A stretch of 64,000 nucleotides of DNA from an uncultured virus (IMG/VR IMGVR_UViG_3300034355_000834) (Duplodnaviria; Heunggongvirae; Uroviricota; Caudoviricetes). Every line of letters starts with the position of its first letter. Position 1 is the stretch's first letter. Shown one piece after another: positions 38,640-48,223 of the stretch. The notes beneath the pieces were generated by a model that worked only from the letters and a program-made list of their open reading frames with translations, was not told the origin of the DNA and made no database searches. A program made the position numbers and the translations under genes. The stretch is taken from IMG/VR virus record IMGVR_UViG_3300034355_000834. The stretch is one strand, 5' to 3'.

Positions 38640-39227
38640 ATGAAAATTTCAGAAATTATTAAACCATTAACTGAGGCGATCAACAATCCTTATCCTATAG
38701 TCAAGTTACGACCGACTGCTTGGGAAATTCACATCACTGATGACAAAAGCGACTCAAATAAAATAACCTATACTATAATAGTTAATGTCGCAGTATCTTC
38801 TGTAAAGAACTTTAAGATGCTATCTCTGTTATTCCGAGACACTAATTCCGCAAATATGAATTTAGTCAATCATTTTAAAGGCGCGGGAGCATCCAGAGTA
38901 TTAGCCTCAATAAAAGAAATAATTTCAAGATATCGTGGAATTGATTTAATGGTGTTTATACCTTCAGACACAAACGTGGAAGTAGAAGGAAAAAAGGCTA
39001 GACTATACATGATAGTGTTGAATATGCTGAAAAATTCAGGATTCTTCGCAGAGATCGGTCAAACTTCAATAAACGAAGTTGATGTATGTTACGCTATTCC
39101 GAATGGATCACCAATATGGAAAATGAATCAAAAGCAAATCGATGATTTAATTTTTGATTTTGGAATAGCTAAACAACAAGGTTCAGTCATTGGACCAAAA
39201 CAAGACGCTGATAACATTGAATACTGA
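38640..39227 (+). CDS. tagged protein (MKISEII..LTEA), possibly GNAT-like
   Basis: EAINNPYP..GASRVLASI..KARLY resembles the DAFRIF module. Confidence 0.6.
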   Translation: MKISEIIKPLTEAINNPYPIVKLRPTAWEIHITDDKSDSNKITYTIIVNVAVSSVKNFKMLSLLFRDTNSANMNLVNHFKGAGASRVLASIKEIISRYRGIDLMVFIPSDTNVEVEGKKARLYMIVLNMLKNSGFFAEIGQTSINEVDVCYAIPNGSPIWKMNQKQIDDLIFDFGIAKQQGSVIGPKQDADNIEY

Positions 39228-39259
39228 TTGGCTTACTCAGCCAGTATCTGAAAACGAAT

Positions 39260-39718
39260 ATGAAAATTTTTGAAATAATATTGGATCAAGTGAGCAACAC
39301 TGCTCTATTTGAGATGGCTTTTGAAAGAAAAAATGCCATCAATGCTGTAAGAGGCAAAGCAAAGCCTATAGTAGATCATTTAATTTACTTATTGATTTAC
39401 AAAAACTCAAAAGCAAGAAATCACTGGAAAAGTGAGTTATCAGCATTTATTGATAGCATTGATTATTTGTATTTGAAACCTAGCAAAAGAAAACTGTCGG
39501 GAAATGATTATTATAATCTTTTGTTTGAAGAACCGTTGGGCGGAGATATAATTCAAACTGAAAAACTAATAAATCAGGCTATTAGAAAAGAAGACAATCC
39601 TGATATAAAAGTAAACCCATATATACTCAAGGAATCCCTTGAAAAAATCATACATAAATTAAGTTTTGATTTAGCAAACGATCAATACATATCTATAGAT
39701 GATTATGAGAATTTCTGA
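39260..39718 (+). CDS. DUF29-like helical protein, paralog 1
   Basis: MKIFEI..LFEMAFERK; HL..L..HWKSEL. Confidence 0.6.
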   Translation: MKIFEIILDQVSNTALFEMAFERKNAINAVRGKAKPIVDHLIYLLIYKNSKARNHWKSELSAFIDSIDYLYLKPSKRKLSGNDYYNLLFEEPLGGDIIQTEKLINQAIRKEDNPDIKVNPYILKESLEKIIHKLSFDLANDQYISIDDYENF

Positions 39719-40190
39719 AGTTATTCTTGACAAACTAAACGAAACTGCTCTATTTGAGATGGCTTTTGATAGGAAAGAAGCCATAAAAAAGTTTCAGAAT
39801 CTTGACTACCAGATTCAAAGACATCTTATTAAAATAACAGCGTTCAAAGATGGGTTAAATTACCAACATCATTGCGGAGAAATCAACGGTTGGTTAGGTC
39901 ATCTAAATGATGTAAAATGGAACCGAACTCAACATCTTAGCAAATATATCATCATGAAATGCTTATGGGAGGGTCCATTGGGTCATGGTGCTATTGCTAT
40001 TGAAGATGGCGTGAAAACTCTGATCAGAGTACATCGGTACAGTGTGCCGCGAAACGACTTATCCATTCACAGAATATATGAACTGCTATTCAAAATTTAC
40101 GATGAAATGTCATTTGATTTGAGTAATGGAAACGTAAACAACATTCAGCATTACTTGACAAAAAACGGCTATTACGTACAGAATCCCTGA
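39705..40190 (+). CDS. DUF29-like helical protein, paralog 2
   Basis: MRISEV..LFEMAFDRK; HLIKI..HHCGEINGW. Confidence 0.6.
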   Translation: MRISEVILDKLNETALFEMAFDRKEAIKKFQNLDYQIQRHLIKITAFKDGLNYQHHCGEINGWLGHLNDVKWNRTQHLSKYIIMKCLWEGPLGHGAIAIEDGVKTLIRVHRYSVPRNDLSIHRIYELLFKIYDEMSFDLSNGNVNNIQHYLTKNGYYVQNP

Positions 40191-40505
40191 CAAACTTTCA
40201 CTATCCTTTGGTAAATACAGTATTACTCAGAGGATAATATGGAAAAAACTGTAACCGTTATTTTAAAAACTACTTTGTCAATATTTCTTTTATCGCTTGC
40301 TTTTTCTATTGGGTGGTTTCTGAATCAAGTGATGAAAAATATTATTACATAAGCGACGTGTGATAAATAAAAGAGTGGGAAGGCAACACCCGACTAGCCT
40401 ATCAAAAAGTATACTGTCTACTGGCGTATGAGACAACACTGCTCATAATAAAGGTCCAAACAGTATACTTTTTGATAGACGAGAAAGGATTTGAATAAAT
40501 AAAAA

Positions 40506-40860
40506 TGTACTACAAGGAATTATTCTGAATCAGTCGTTTAGTCGACAAATCGTGTAGTGTAGTCGTGGCGGACCCGGGAGAATTCCCCGGCACCTCCACC
40601 ATATCTCGTAAAGAACTTTGTATAAGAGTGTTTTGCGGGGGTGACCATAATTCGACGGCGTGATGAATCTACATAGATGATCGGTAAGGGGAAAGCCGTG
40701 ATAGACCCAAAAGCCTACAAATGGCAAAACAACAAAAACTTCTGGAACTGTTACTGTATCCGGTAAGGGCATGAAATTTTCTGCTCGCACTGCTGTACGT
40801 GGAGTTGCGCTAGCCTAAGAAACTAGCACCAGCGGAGTTGATCACTCTGTTACAAGAACG
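40506..40860 (+). ncRNA. ssrA: circularly permuted (two-piece) tmRNA; outer boundaries approximate
   Basis: T-arm plus CACCTCC-A-CCA (40591-40601) lies upstream of GGGGGTG (40637-40643), G3:U70 pair; tag frame 40723-40818 ends VALA-stop. Confidence 0.88.
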
Positions 40861-40863
40861 ATT

Positions 40864-40888
40864 AAAAGCCCCTTTATCGGGGCTTTTT
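40864..40888. terminator. bidirectional intrinsic terminator
   Basis: aaaagcccc-tttatc-ggggctttt between convergent units. Confidence 0.75.
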
Positions 40889-41457
40889 CATGTTTGGCCA
40901 ATCTTCATAAACCTGTCATACTCTTTTCCATTTACATCAACTAATCTCAATTGCTCAACGAATAGAGTAGACTCCATAGGATATGCTTTATTAAATTCAT
41001 TTAACGATTCTATGCCATTAGAAACTTCTTGCTTGTTTTTTCCCTGAATAGCAACCACAGAATTCATTGGTATTCTTTTCAACCATTCAATTCCTACCAT
41101 ATCGTTCGTAGATGTATTGATAACCAATATATTATCGCCTTGATATTCAATCTCATTTGCGTCTTCGCATACTACAGTTACATCGGAGTAATTTTTTCCC
41201 TTCACAAGTTTATCAAAGTAGCGAGTCTTCTCAAGGTCGTTATCTACACAGATAATATTATCATAATGAATAGATGATCTTTTAAGCACTATGGCGGTTG
41301 CACCATACCATGATCCTAATACATAGATGTTATCAAACTTGTTGAGACCTATTGTAACTAGGGTCTGGCATAGCCACATTTTGGAAATCAATAGATCACG
41401 CGATACGGAGCCTTTAGGGGTATCTGGTGATGATTCAATAATATCTTTAATTTTCAT
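40888..41457 (-). CDS. SAM-dependent methyltransferase-like protein with MKIKDIIES tag
   Basis: SKMWL, VLGSWYG, ICVDND, EDAN, VINTS. Confidence 0.7.
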   Translation of the reverse strand: MKIKDIIESSPDTPKGSVSRDLLISKMWLCQTLVTIGLNKFDNIYVLGSWYGATAIVLKRSSIHYDNIICVDNDLEKTRYFDKLVKGKNYSDVTVVCEDANEIEYQGDNILVINTSTNDMVGIEWLKRIPMNSVVAIQGKNKQEVSNGIESLNEFNKAYPMESTLFVEQLRLVDVNGKEYDRFMKIGQT

Positions 41458-41465
41458 GCAAATGA

Positions 41466-42038
41466 TTAGAGAGAAGCTGCCTCTGCTTTGAGTTCATTCA
41501 ACTGAGCATCATAGGAATCACACCAACGATATACCCATTTCTTAATCTTAGCAAACACACTTGAGAACATACCTTCTTTGATTGGTTCAATTTTTAGACT
41601 TGGTGCTTTTTGCGTAACGGTAACCATTTCCTTCTTTAATCCTTCGAGAACTGTGATAAGTTCTGGCGTAAGATGATTGGTCAATTTATCAAGAATATCT
41701 TTATATTTTGGTGTCACCGTAGGAGCCGGATCCTTGCTCAATGTAATGATAAAGCTCACCGTTTCAATCACTCTGGTTCTTATTGCATCTTCAGCATCAA
41801 ATAGATCAGCCACATCTTCTCTGGATGCTTGTTTTACCTCTTCTTTTAGTTGCTTTATTTCTGCTTCCAGTTCTTGAATTTTGCTGACACGCTGAGATAA
41901 CTTGGTAAAAGATTGACTTTTGTAGCTTTTTAGTGAGGCTGTTACCTTCTTATCATCGCCCGCATATGATACATCTGGGTTATCGGTGATTCTGCCTTCA
42001 CATAGATTGATTAGTTTTCTAAAATCTGTTGGGTTCAT
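41466..42038 (-). CDS. coiled-coil virion-type hypothetical protein
   Basis: MNPTDFRKLINLCEG; GCTAAATA upstream on the minus strand. Confidence 0.65.
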   Translation of the reverse strand: MNPTDFRKLINLCEGRITDNPDVSYAGDDKKVTASLKSYKSQSFTKLSQRVSKIQELEAEIKQLKEEVKQASREDVADLFDAEDAIRTRVIETVSFIITLSKDPAPTVTPKYKDILDKLTNHLTPELITVLEGLKKEMVTVTQKAPSLKIEPIKEGMFSSVFAKIKKWVYRWCDSYDAQLNELKAEAASL

Positions 42039-42088
42039 ATTATCCTCAATAAATATCGTTTTAGTATTTAGCAGGAATTTTAAAACAC

Positions 42089-42562
42089 ATGATTACTCCA
42101 TTTAAGCATCCATTAACAAAAGACACACCAACAAGAGAAGATTTCTTCAATTTGGTTGACGTTACGTCCGATGACATGAACGAAACTCTTAATCAGATTA
42201 TGAAATCAAGATCAATAGATCATAGCTGGAAATGCTTTGACGGGCCTATTCATGTTTATGCCACAAACAGAAGCACCGATAATTTATTTGTGGGAGCGAG
42301 TACAAAAACGATGTTTGTTCCGAATTATGAGGGTTCTCGTTTATACAATGGCTCTGAATTTGAAATGATTTTAGAAACGGCAGTCATCAATGTTATTTCT
42401 GTGAAAGCTATTCGTTGGATCAATCCGTTGTATAAGGATATGTTCGTAGAAGAATGTAGAGAAAAGAACATTGATATCAATCAGGCATTTGGCACGTTGA
42501 CCTATGACACATTTGATCGGTTCAATAGCTTTAAAGAAGCTGCATTGTTGTTGATGAGGTAA
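42089..42562 (+). CDS. hypothetical protein
   Basis: paralog of 33286..33711. Confidence 0.6.
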   Translation: MITPFKHPLTKDTPTREDFFNLVDVTSDDMNETLNQIMKSRSIDHSWKCFDGPIHVYATNRSTDNLFVGASTKTMFVPNYEGSRLYNGSEFEMILETAVINVISVKAIRWINPLYKDMFVEECREKNIDINQAFGTLTYDTFDRFNSFKEAALLLMR

Positions 42563-42566
42563 GGTT

Positions 42567-43262
42567 ATGAATTTTTCCTTTGCCTTTGATGTTGATGGCA
42601 CTTTGACGTTAAGTCGTCAAAAAATTGATTCGGATTTTGCAGAGTGGTTTCTCAATTGGGTCAAGAAGCATAAGGTATACATTGTTACTGGCAGTGATTA
42701 TGAAAAAACTGTAGAACAATTGGGACAAGAGATATGTGATTCGGTGGCTGGTATCTTCAATTGTTCTGGTAATGCTTTTTATATAAAGGGCGAATTACAA
42801 TCATCCAATGAATTTAAGCTAAACGACAGCCAAATGGAGATATTAAATCGTTATTTGTCTAAGAGTCCATTTCCTCTGAGAACCGGAAATCACTTTGAAC
42901 AACGACAAGGAATGTGTAATTTTAGCGTGGTGGGAAGAAATGCCACCATAGAAGAGCGGCAACAATATTCTGATTATGATGGTCAGGTTGCGGAACGTCA
43001 GCGTATTGTTACTCAATTTAAGCATTGTTTTCCTGAGTTGGACGCAGTTCTTGGTGGTGATATTAGTATTGATATTTTTCCGAAGGGCAATGATAAGAGT
43101 CAAGTTGCTGAAAAATTGAAGCCATTTGTTTATTTTGGTGATCGTGTATTTCCGGGTGGAAATGATTACACTATTGCTAAGGAAGCAGAGGCTCATTATA
43201 ACGTGAAAGATTGGCAAGAAACTCGGAGGATTATAGAATTGTATTACAATGAAAGTGTATGA
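42567..43262 (+). CDS. HAD-IIB phosphomannomutase-like protein
   Basis: FDVDGTLT, VTGSD, NFSVVGR, GGDISIDIFPKG.DK, FGDR..GGND. Confidence 0.85.
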   Translation: MNFSFAFDVDGTLTLSRQKIDSDFAEWFLNWVKKHKVYIVTGSDYEKTVEQLGQEICDSVAGIFNCSGNAFYIKGELQSSNEFKLNDSQMEILNRYLSKSPFPLRTGNHFEQRQGMCNFSVVGRNATIEERQQYSDYDGQVAERQRIVTQFKHCFPELDAVLGGDISIDIFPKGNDKSQVAEKLKPFVYFGDRVFPGGNDYTIAKEAEAHYNVKDWQETRRIIELYYNESV

Positions 43263-43797
43263 ATTTCTCAATGAGGTTTTAAATTCCGATGTACCCACAA
43301 CAACCGATGATTGTTTAAGAAAATCAATTATTCAAACGTATGGTAAGAATATCATCTCTGGTCATACTTCTGTTTGGCAATCTGAAATAATGAAAAAAAC
43401 CGGCGTGTGGGTTGTGAAAATAATGGATCGCTCTCGGCAGATTCAATATCATATTATGTCAGATGATGTTGAAGCAGGAGAGGTAAAAACCGCAGATCAA
43501 ATTGATTCCAAAATAGGATTAGATTGTATGAACATTATTGCCAAGGATGCCTTGAGGTCCTTGAAAAACGGATATCCTGTGATTATTCTTGCACCAACCG
43601 AAGATAAAATAATGTCATATAGTCAAATGGCAAAAATGCTATTGAGGTCAAAGAAAAGCGAGTTTAAACTGACCGAGCCATTTACTACATTGGGACTTGA
43701 TAATATCCAAAGATGGGGCATTAAGATTTTTGAAAACTATATTCCTAAATTGTCTGATGTGAATTATTTGCTGACAACATCTAAATGTAAAAAATGA
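43249..43797 (+). CDS. tagged protein (MKVYEFLNEV); stand-alone copy of a domain repeated in the giant protein
   Basis: SGHT.V..M..RQIQYHI..KIGLD..NII..DA..PVIILAP. Confidence 0.7.
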   Translation: MKVYEFLNEVLNSDVPTTTDDCLRKSIIQTYGKNIISGHTSVWQSEIMKKTGVWVVKIMDRSRQIQYHIMSDDVEAGEVKTADQIDSKIGLDCMNIIAKDALRSLKNGYPVIILAPTEDKIMSYSQMAKMLLRSKKSEFKLTEPFTTLGLDNIQRWGIKIFENYIPKLSDVNYLLTTSKCKK

Positions 43798-43821
43798 TAA
43801 ATATATCAAGAGGACATTGCA

Positions 43822-44076
43822 ATGCGAGCATATGAATTTATAACTGAACTAACTTTTTTTGGCAGTCAATGCAAAGAAATTTGTGCCGGACATTTAGCTG
43901 GGTATAGATGGGCACGTAGGAACAATATAACCAATCCCCCACAAACCAATAGTCCATCTTTTAACAAAGGCGCAACTATTGCAATTCAACACATGCGTCA
44001 AGGACGAAACCCCATTGGACCAAGTGGCGTGAGAGGCGAACGTGGTAGATTTCATCCTATGCCCAAAGGAAGATAA
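43822..44076 (+). CDS. small tagged protein (MRAYEFITEL)
   Basis: C..GHLAGYRWA..SPSFNKG; TGATAAATA upstream. Confidence 0.65.
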   Translation: MRAYEFITELTFFGSQCKEICAGHLAGYRWARRNNITNPPQTNSPSFNKGATIAIQHMRQGRNPIGPSGVRGERGRFHPMPKGR

Positions 44077-44166
44077 TTGCCGATTGCATTAACAGTAAAC
44101 AATCTATTTTCTCAATTTTCACCCACTGTCATAATATTGTAACACTAACAGTGTTAAATAGTTACT

Positions 44167-45006
44167 ATGGAAACCAAACACTATAGAACTATATTCTTGT
44201 CCGACATTCATCTTGGATCAAAAGATTCAAAGGCAGAATTATTGTTGGACTTCTTAAAACACAACACAGCGAACACCTATTATCTTGTTGGCGATATCAT
44301 AGACCTATGGAAAGTCAAGCAAAATAAGTGGAAGTGGAAAAAGTCTCATACCGAGGTTGTCAGAAAATTTCTGAAAATCTCAAAACACGCCAGAGTAATC
44401 TACGTTATCGGAAACCACGATGAGGCAATCAGACCGTTTATCACCCATGGAATCGGTATAGGAAAAATTGAATTTGTCAACAAAATAGATCATATCGGTT
44501 CAAACGGAAAACGCTATCTGGTCATTCATGGTGATATGTTTGATGGCATAGGTGACATTGCTCCATGGTTGGGATTTTTAGGAGACAAGGCGTATGATTT
44601 ACTGCTTGATCTCAATACAAAATATAACTGGATTCGGCATAAATTTGGCTTTGGCTATTGGTCATTCAGCAAGGTTATAAAGAAAAAGGTGAAAAATGCT
44701 GTTGACTTTATCTTCAAATTTGAGCATAATTTAGTAGATTACTGTAGAAGAAAATTTTACGACGGGGTGGTGGCAGGTCATACGCATTCACCGACAATTA
44801 AACTTGTTGATGATATTATTGTGATTAATGACGGAGATTTTGTCGAAAGCGTTTCTGCTGTTGTTGAAGATTTTAATGGAAACTTTATTTTATTGGAACA
44901 TCTTGAAGAGAAATGGACGGAAACAAAAATATTATTGAGCGATTATAATAAAATATTAGATAAAAACTCTTGCAATTCTTTTAATTATGAAGAACCTATA
45001 GAATAA
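44167..45006 (+). CDS. LpxH/PlcP-like metallophosphoesterase
   Basis: SDIHLG, GDIID, GNHD, HGDMFD, GHTH, NDGDFVES. Confidence 0.88.
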   Translation: METKHYRTIFLSDIHLGSKDSKAELLLDFLKHNTANTYYLVGDIIDLWKVKQNKWKWKKSHTEVVRKFLKISKHARVIYVIGNHDEAIRPFITHGIGIGKIEFVNKIDHIGSNGKRYLVIHGDMFDGIGDIAPWLGFLGDKAYDLLLDLNTKYNWIRHKFGFGYWSFSKVIKKKVKNAVDFIFKFEHNLVDYCRRKFYDGVVAGHTHSPTIKLVDDIIVINDGDFVESVSAVVEDFNGNFILLEHLEEKWTETKILLSDYNKILDKNSCNSFNYEEPIE

Positions 45007-45008
45007 TT

Positions 45009-46001
45009 TTATATTTCTGTATAATGTTCGGGAATATTGTCGGATTGGTGTAATAATTCTCCGGAATCGGAAAAAATTAATAGAAGAAATTTATATCCAA
45101 AGTTAATTGTTGAATTATACTTTAATTTAAGAACCTCAAAATCTTTTTTATAAGTATATTTGCTTTTTACTTCTACTACTAGATTATTTTTATTTACGTA
45201 AAAGTCGGAATAATACCTCCGTTCTCTGTTTTCGAGTACATAATATATTTTAGGAACATCTTTCTTTTTATATGAAATTTCTTCTTCTTTGAATTGTAAT
45301 TTTAAAAAATCAAACCCAAAATTTTCATATCCTTGTAATAAAATCATTTCTCCGGTTTCTAAAAAATATTCTTTTCTAGATTTAAATCTGTTTGTGCAAA
45401 GTATTTCTGCTATATCTGGTATATGTGAAGGATTTCTAACACCATGTTTGATAAACATATATTCTTCTGCTTTTTCAAAATTATGCTTTATCCCATGCCT
45501 TTCCAGCATAGTTTTTTCTTTTTTCTTTTTTGTTTCGTCGGATTTTGAAATGTTTTCTACGCCATACCTTTCCAGTATAGTTTCTTTAGATTTTTGTTTA
45601 GTTGATTCCAATTGAAATACGTTTTCCACTCCGTATTTTTTTATTACAGCATTTTTACTAGTTTCTCCCGCTTGCGATCTGGATACTTTTATGTTAGCAA
45701 ATGTACTATATCCTTCTGATGATCCATTCAGTTCTAACATTTCTGTTGATCTTCCTCCCCGCCATTTCCTTTCCAAACCGCTTATTGGACATTTTGGGAT
45801 TTCTATTGTATAATACCACCAATGCCACAATTTTCTTTGTAAACTCCAATCTTTTGGTAATTTTAATTCACAAAATTCTTTTTCCAATTGATCAAACCAT
45901 TCTTCTTTCATAATAGAAAATATTATTTTTTTCTTTAATTTTGAAGAATTTGTGTGATTTAACATTAATTGTTTCAGTTCTTTTCTGGTATAAATAATCA
46001 T
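45009..46001 (-). CDS. PD-(D/E)XK-type putative homing endonuclease with YGVEN repeats
   Basis: KKYGVEN/ERYGVEN repeats; RRYYSDFY..VVEVKS; SD GAGGTG before ATG 46001; very AT-rich and inverted. Confidence 0.7.
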   Translation of the reverse strand: MIIYTRKELKQLMLNHTNSSKLKKKIIFSIMKEEWFDQLEKEFCELKLPKDWSLQRKLWHWWYYTIEIPKCPISGLERKWRGGRSTEMLELNGSSEGYSTFANIKVSRSQAGETSKNAVIKKYGVENVFQLESTKQKSKETILERYGVENISKSDETKKKKEKTMLERHGIKHNFEKAEEYMFIKHGVRNPSHIPDIAEILCTNRFKSRKEYFLETGEMILLQGYENFGFDFLKLQFKEEEISYKKKDVPKIYYVLENRERRYYSDFYVNKNNLVVEVKSKYTYKKDFEVLKLKYNSTINFGYKFLLLIFSDSGELLHQSDNIPEHYTEI

Positions 46002-46085
46002 GCTGAAGCACCTCTTTTGCGTTAGAGTCCTTGGGAACGCCAATTCCGCGAAGGACATTAAATATATTTATACAATATGCTAATC

Positions 46086-47102
46086 ATGAAAAAACTCTTA
46101 ATTATAACAGATACGACGAGCAAACAAACCAATGGTGTCGTGAGAACACTATCAAAAACAGTTGATTGTCTTTCAAACGACTTTGAAATTACGATCATTG
46201 ATCCAAGTAAATTCAATGGAATATCTCTGCCATTCTATAAAGAAATAGATGTTGCGTTAAACACTTGGAAAATTGGAAAAATGATTGAATCGGTCAACGC
46301 TGATTTCGTTCATATTTCCACGGAAGGACCAGTTGGACTTGCTGGTAAACTATACTGTGATAGTAAAAAGTACCGATACACCACATCGTATCATTCAATG
46401 TTCCCTGAATTTATGCGAGATATGTTGAACATACCAGAAAATTTCACTTACTGGTATTTTAGGTGGTTCCATCTAAAGTCACACAATGTATTAGTGCCTA
46501 CTTATAAAATAAAACATTTGCTTGAGGATAAGGGATTCAAGAATCTGGTAGTATGGAAAAGAGGCGTTGATAGAACAACATTCAACTCCACTTATAGAAG
46601 CAAGCCCGTTGATTCTCATCTTAAAGTCATTTTATGTGTGAGTAGGGTTTCAAAAGAAAAAGGACTTGATGATTTTTGTAAAATTCCTGTAACAGATGGT
46701 TATCTAAAAGTGTTGGTTGGTGATGGCCCGTATCTACAAGAATTGATGCACAAATATCATTCAGAAGCAGTAGCATTTGTTGGGAAAAAGACTGGAAAAG
46801 AACTGTCCGAATTGTATGCTAATGCTGATGTTTTTGTATTCCCTTCAAAAAATGATACATTCGGTCTCACGCAATTGGAAGCAATCGCATCTGGAACACC
46901 AGTATTGGCATATAAAAATACTGTATCAGATGAAATTATTGTGTCTGGAAAAAGTGGATACTTAGTTGAAAAATTCGGGATGGTCGCTATTGGGGCTGCG
47001 ATAGAATTGCCAAGGGAATACGTAGAAGAAGAATCTCACAATTGGACATGGAAAAAGTGTTCGGATATTTTCGCTAATAGCTTAATTACCAAGAAAAAAT
47101 GA
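46086..47102 (+). CDS. GT4 glycosyltransferase (Agt-like)
   Basis: QTNGVVRTL, HISTEGPVG, RGVD, SRVSKEK, ADVFVFPS..DTFGL..LEA.ASGTPV. Confidence 0.88.
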   Translation: MKKLLIITDTTSKQTNGVVRTLSKTVDCLSNDFEITIIDPSKFNGISLPFYKEIDVALNTWKIGKMIESVNADFVHISTEGPVGLAGKLYCDSKKYRYTTSYHSMFPEFMRDMLNIPENFTYWYFRWFHLKSHNVLVPTYKIKHLLEDKGFKNLVVWKRGVDRTTFNSTYRSKPVDSHLKVILCVSRVSKEKGLDDFCKIPVTDGYLKVLVGDGPYLQELMHKYHSEAVAFVGKKTGKELSELYANADVFVFPSKNDTFGLTQLEAIASGTPVLAYKNTVSDEIIVSGKSGYLVEKFGMVAIGAAIELPREYVEEESHNWTWKKCSDIFANSLITKKK

Positions 47103-47296
47103 AAAAAACAATCACTGATATTGCAGCTAAACACTCATGGGCGCTTCAGCTGACTCGTCCCTGGGAAATTGAAAGATATGCTCATGCAAATTCACCCGTT
47201 GCTGATATAAATCGTCGTTCTTTGCTTGCCAAAACGAAGGCGGTCGTTGCTTATGATAGGATTATCAATGACTTGCCACCCGGAATAAAATTTTGA
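47099..47296 (+). CDS. hypothetical protein
   Basis: ORF; ATGA overlap. Confidence 0.45.
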   Translation: MKKTITDIAAKHSWALQLTRPWEIERYAHANSPVADINRRSLLAKTKAVVAYDRIINDLPPGIKF

Positions 47297-47306
47297 TTTA
47301 AAACGG

Positions 47307-47365
47307 TTGACATCCTCAAATCTTTCTGTATAATACTCTCCATACCAACCAACACGGAGAGAACA
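47307..47365 (+). promoter_or_regulatory. repeated early promoter/leader module, copy 2
   Basis: TTGACA..TATAAT plus ccataccaaccaacacggaga. Confidence 0.8.
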
Positions 47366-47779
47366 ATGAGCTACATGAACCAAGAAAAGAAGGCTGAACT
47401 CGCAACCGGCATCAAGGCTGTATTGAAGAAGTATGGCGTAAAGGGAACAATCGGTGTTCGCCATCATTCTGTATTGGTAGTAAATCTGAAGGGTGGCAAG
47501 CAGGACATCATCGGCAATTGGTTTCAGAATGCTACCAAGTATGGCTCCACTGACCGCTGCGGTGTTGAAATCAATCGCCCCGAGTATCTTGATGTAAATC
47601 ACTTCTGGATTGACGAACACTATACTGGTGAAGTCAAGGAATTTCTGACTGAACTCAAGGCTGCTATGAACGTTGGCAACTATGACAATAGCGACATTCA
47701 AACTGATTATTTTTCAGTTGGTTGGTACATTGATATCAACGTAGGCAAGTGGAACAAACCATACGAGTATGCTGCTTAA
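47366..47779 (+). CDS. early protein, possibly large-polyvalent-associated domain-like
   Basis: YDNSDIQTDYF motif. Confidence 0.6.
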   Translation: MSYMNQEKKAELATGIKAVLKKYGVKGTIGVRHHSVLVVNLKGGKQDIIGNWFQNATKYGSTDRCGVEINRPEYLDVNHFWIDEHYTGEVKEFLTELKAAMNVGNYDNSDIQTDYFSVGWYIDINVGKWNKPYEYAA

Positions 47780-47796
47780 CACAATATAGAACCAAA

Positions 47797-48180
47797 ATGG
47801 TTACAGAAGAGCTTCGAAAATACATCAACATGGTTGATCATGAATGGGAAAATGATCAACTATTTGAAATGGCGAATGTTTTTGAGAAAAGACATGGTAT
47901 ACATAATGTTGTTATTTGGGTGGGTGCAGCTAACAAACAGCATGGATTAAGAATTAAAGTATCAAATGTCCCAAACAAAATGGACATGGCTGATAGTTTT
48001 GTGATACAGATACCAAGTCTTGATTATGATCCTTCGCAAGTGGCACGATGGATAGATTCAAAAACCATGGCAAAAATTTTAAGTTGGATTAAACTTAATC
48101 AAAAATTGTTGTATGACTATGAGCTAGGAATTCTCACTGACACCGACGAGTTCTTAGACAAAATTTCAAAAATTAGTTGA
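47797..48180 (+). CDS. DUF4160-like protein, paralog 1
   Basis: LFEMAN..HGI.NVVIW.G..HGLRIKVS; close paralog at 63582. Confidence 0.6.
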   Translation: MVTEELRKYINMVDHEWENDQLFEMANVFEKRHGIHNVVIWVGAANKQHGLRIKVSNVPNKMDMADSFVIQIPSLDYDPSQVARWIDSKTMAKILSWIKLNQKLLYDYELGILTDTDEFLDKISKIS

Positions 48181-48223
48181 CATTCTCAAATCATTCGCCA
48201 TGCCAACCAACACGGAGAGAACA

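Noticed and set aside
40530..40790. 86-aa minus-strand ORF
   Set aside because: Antisense shadow of the tmRNA
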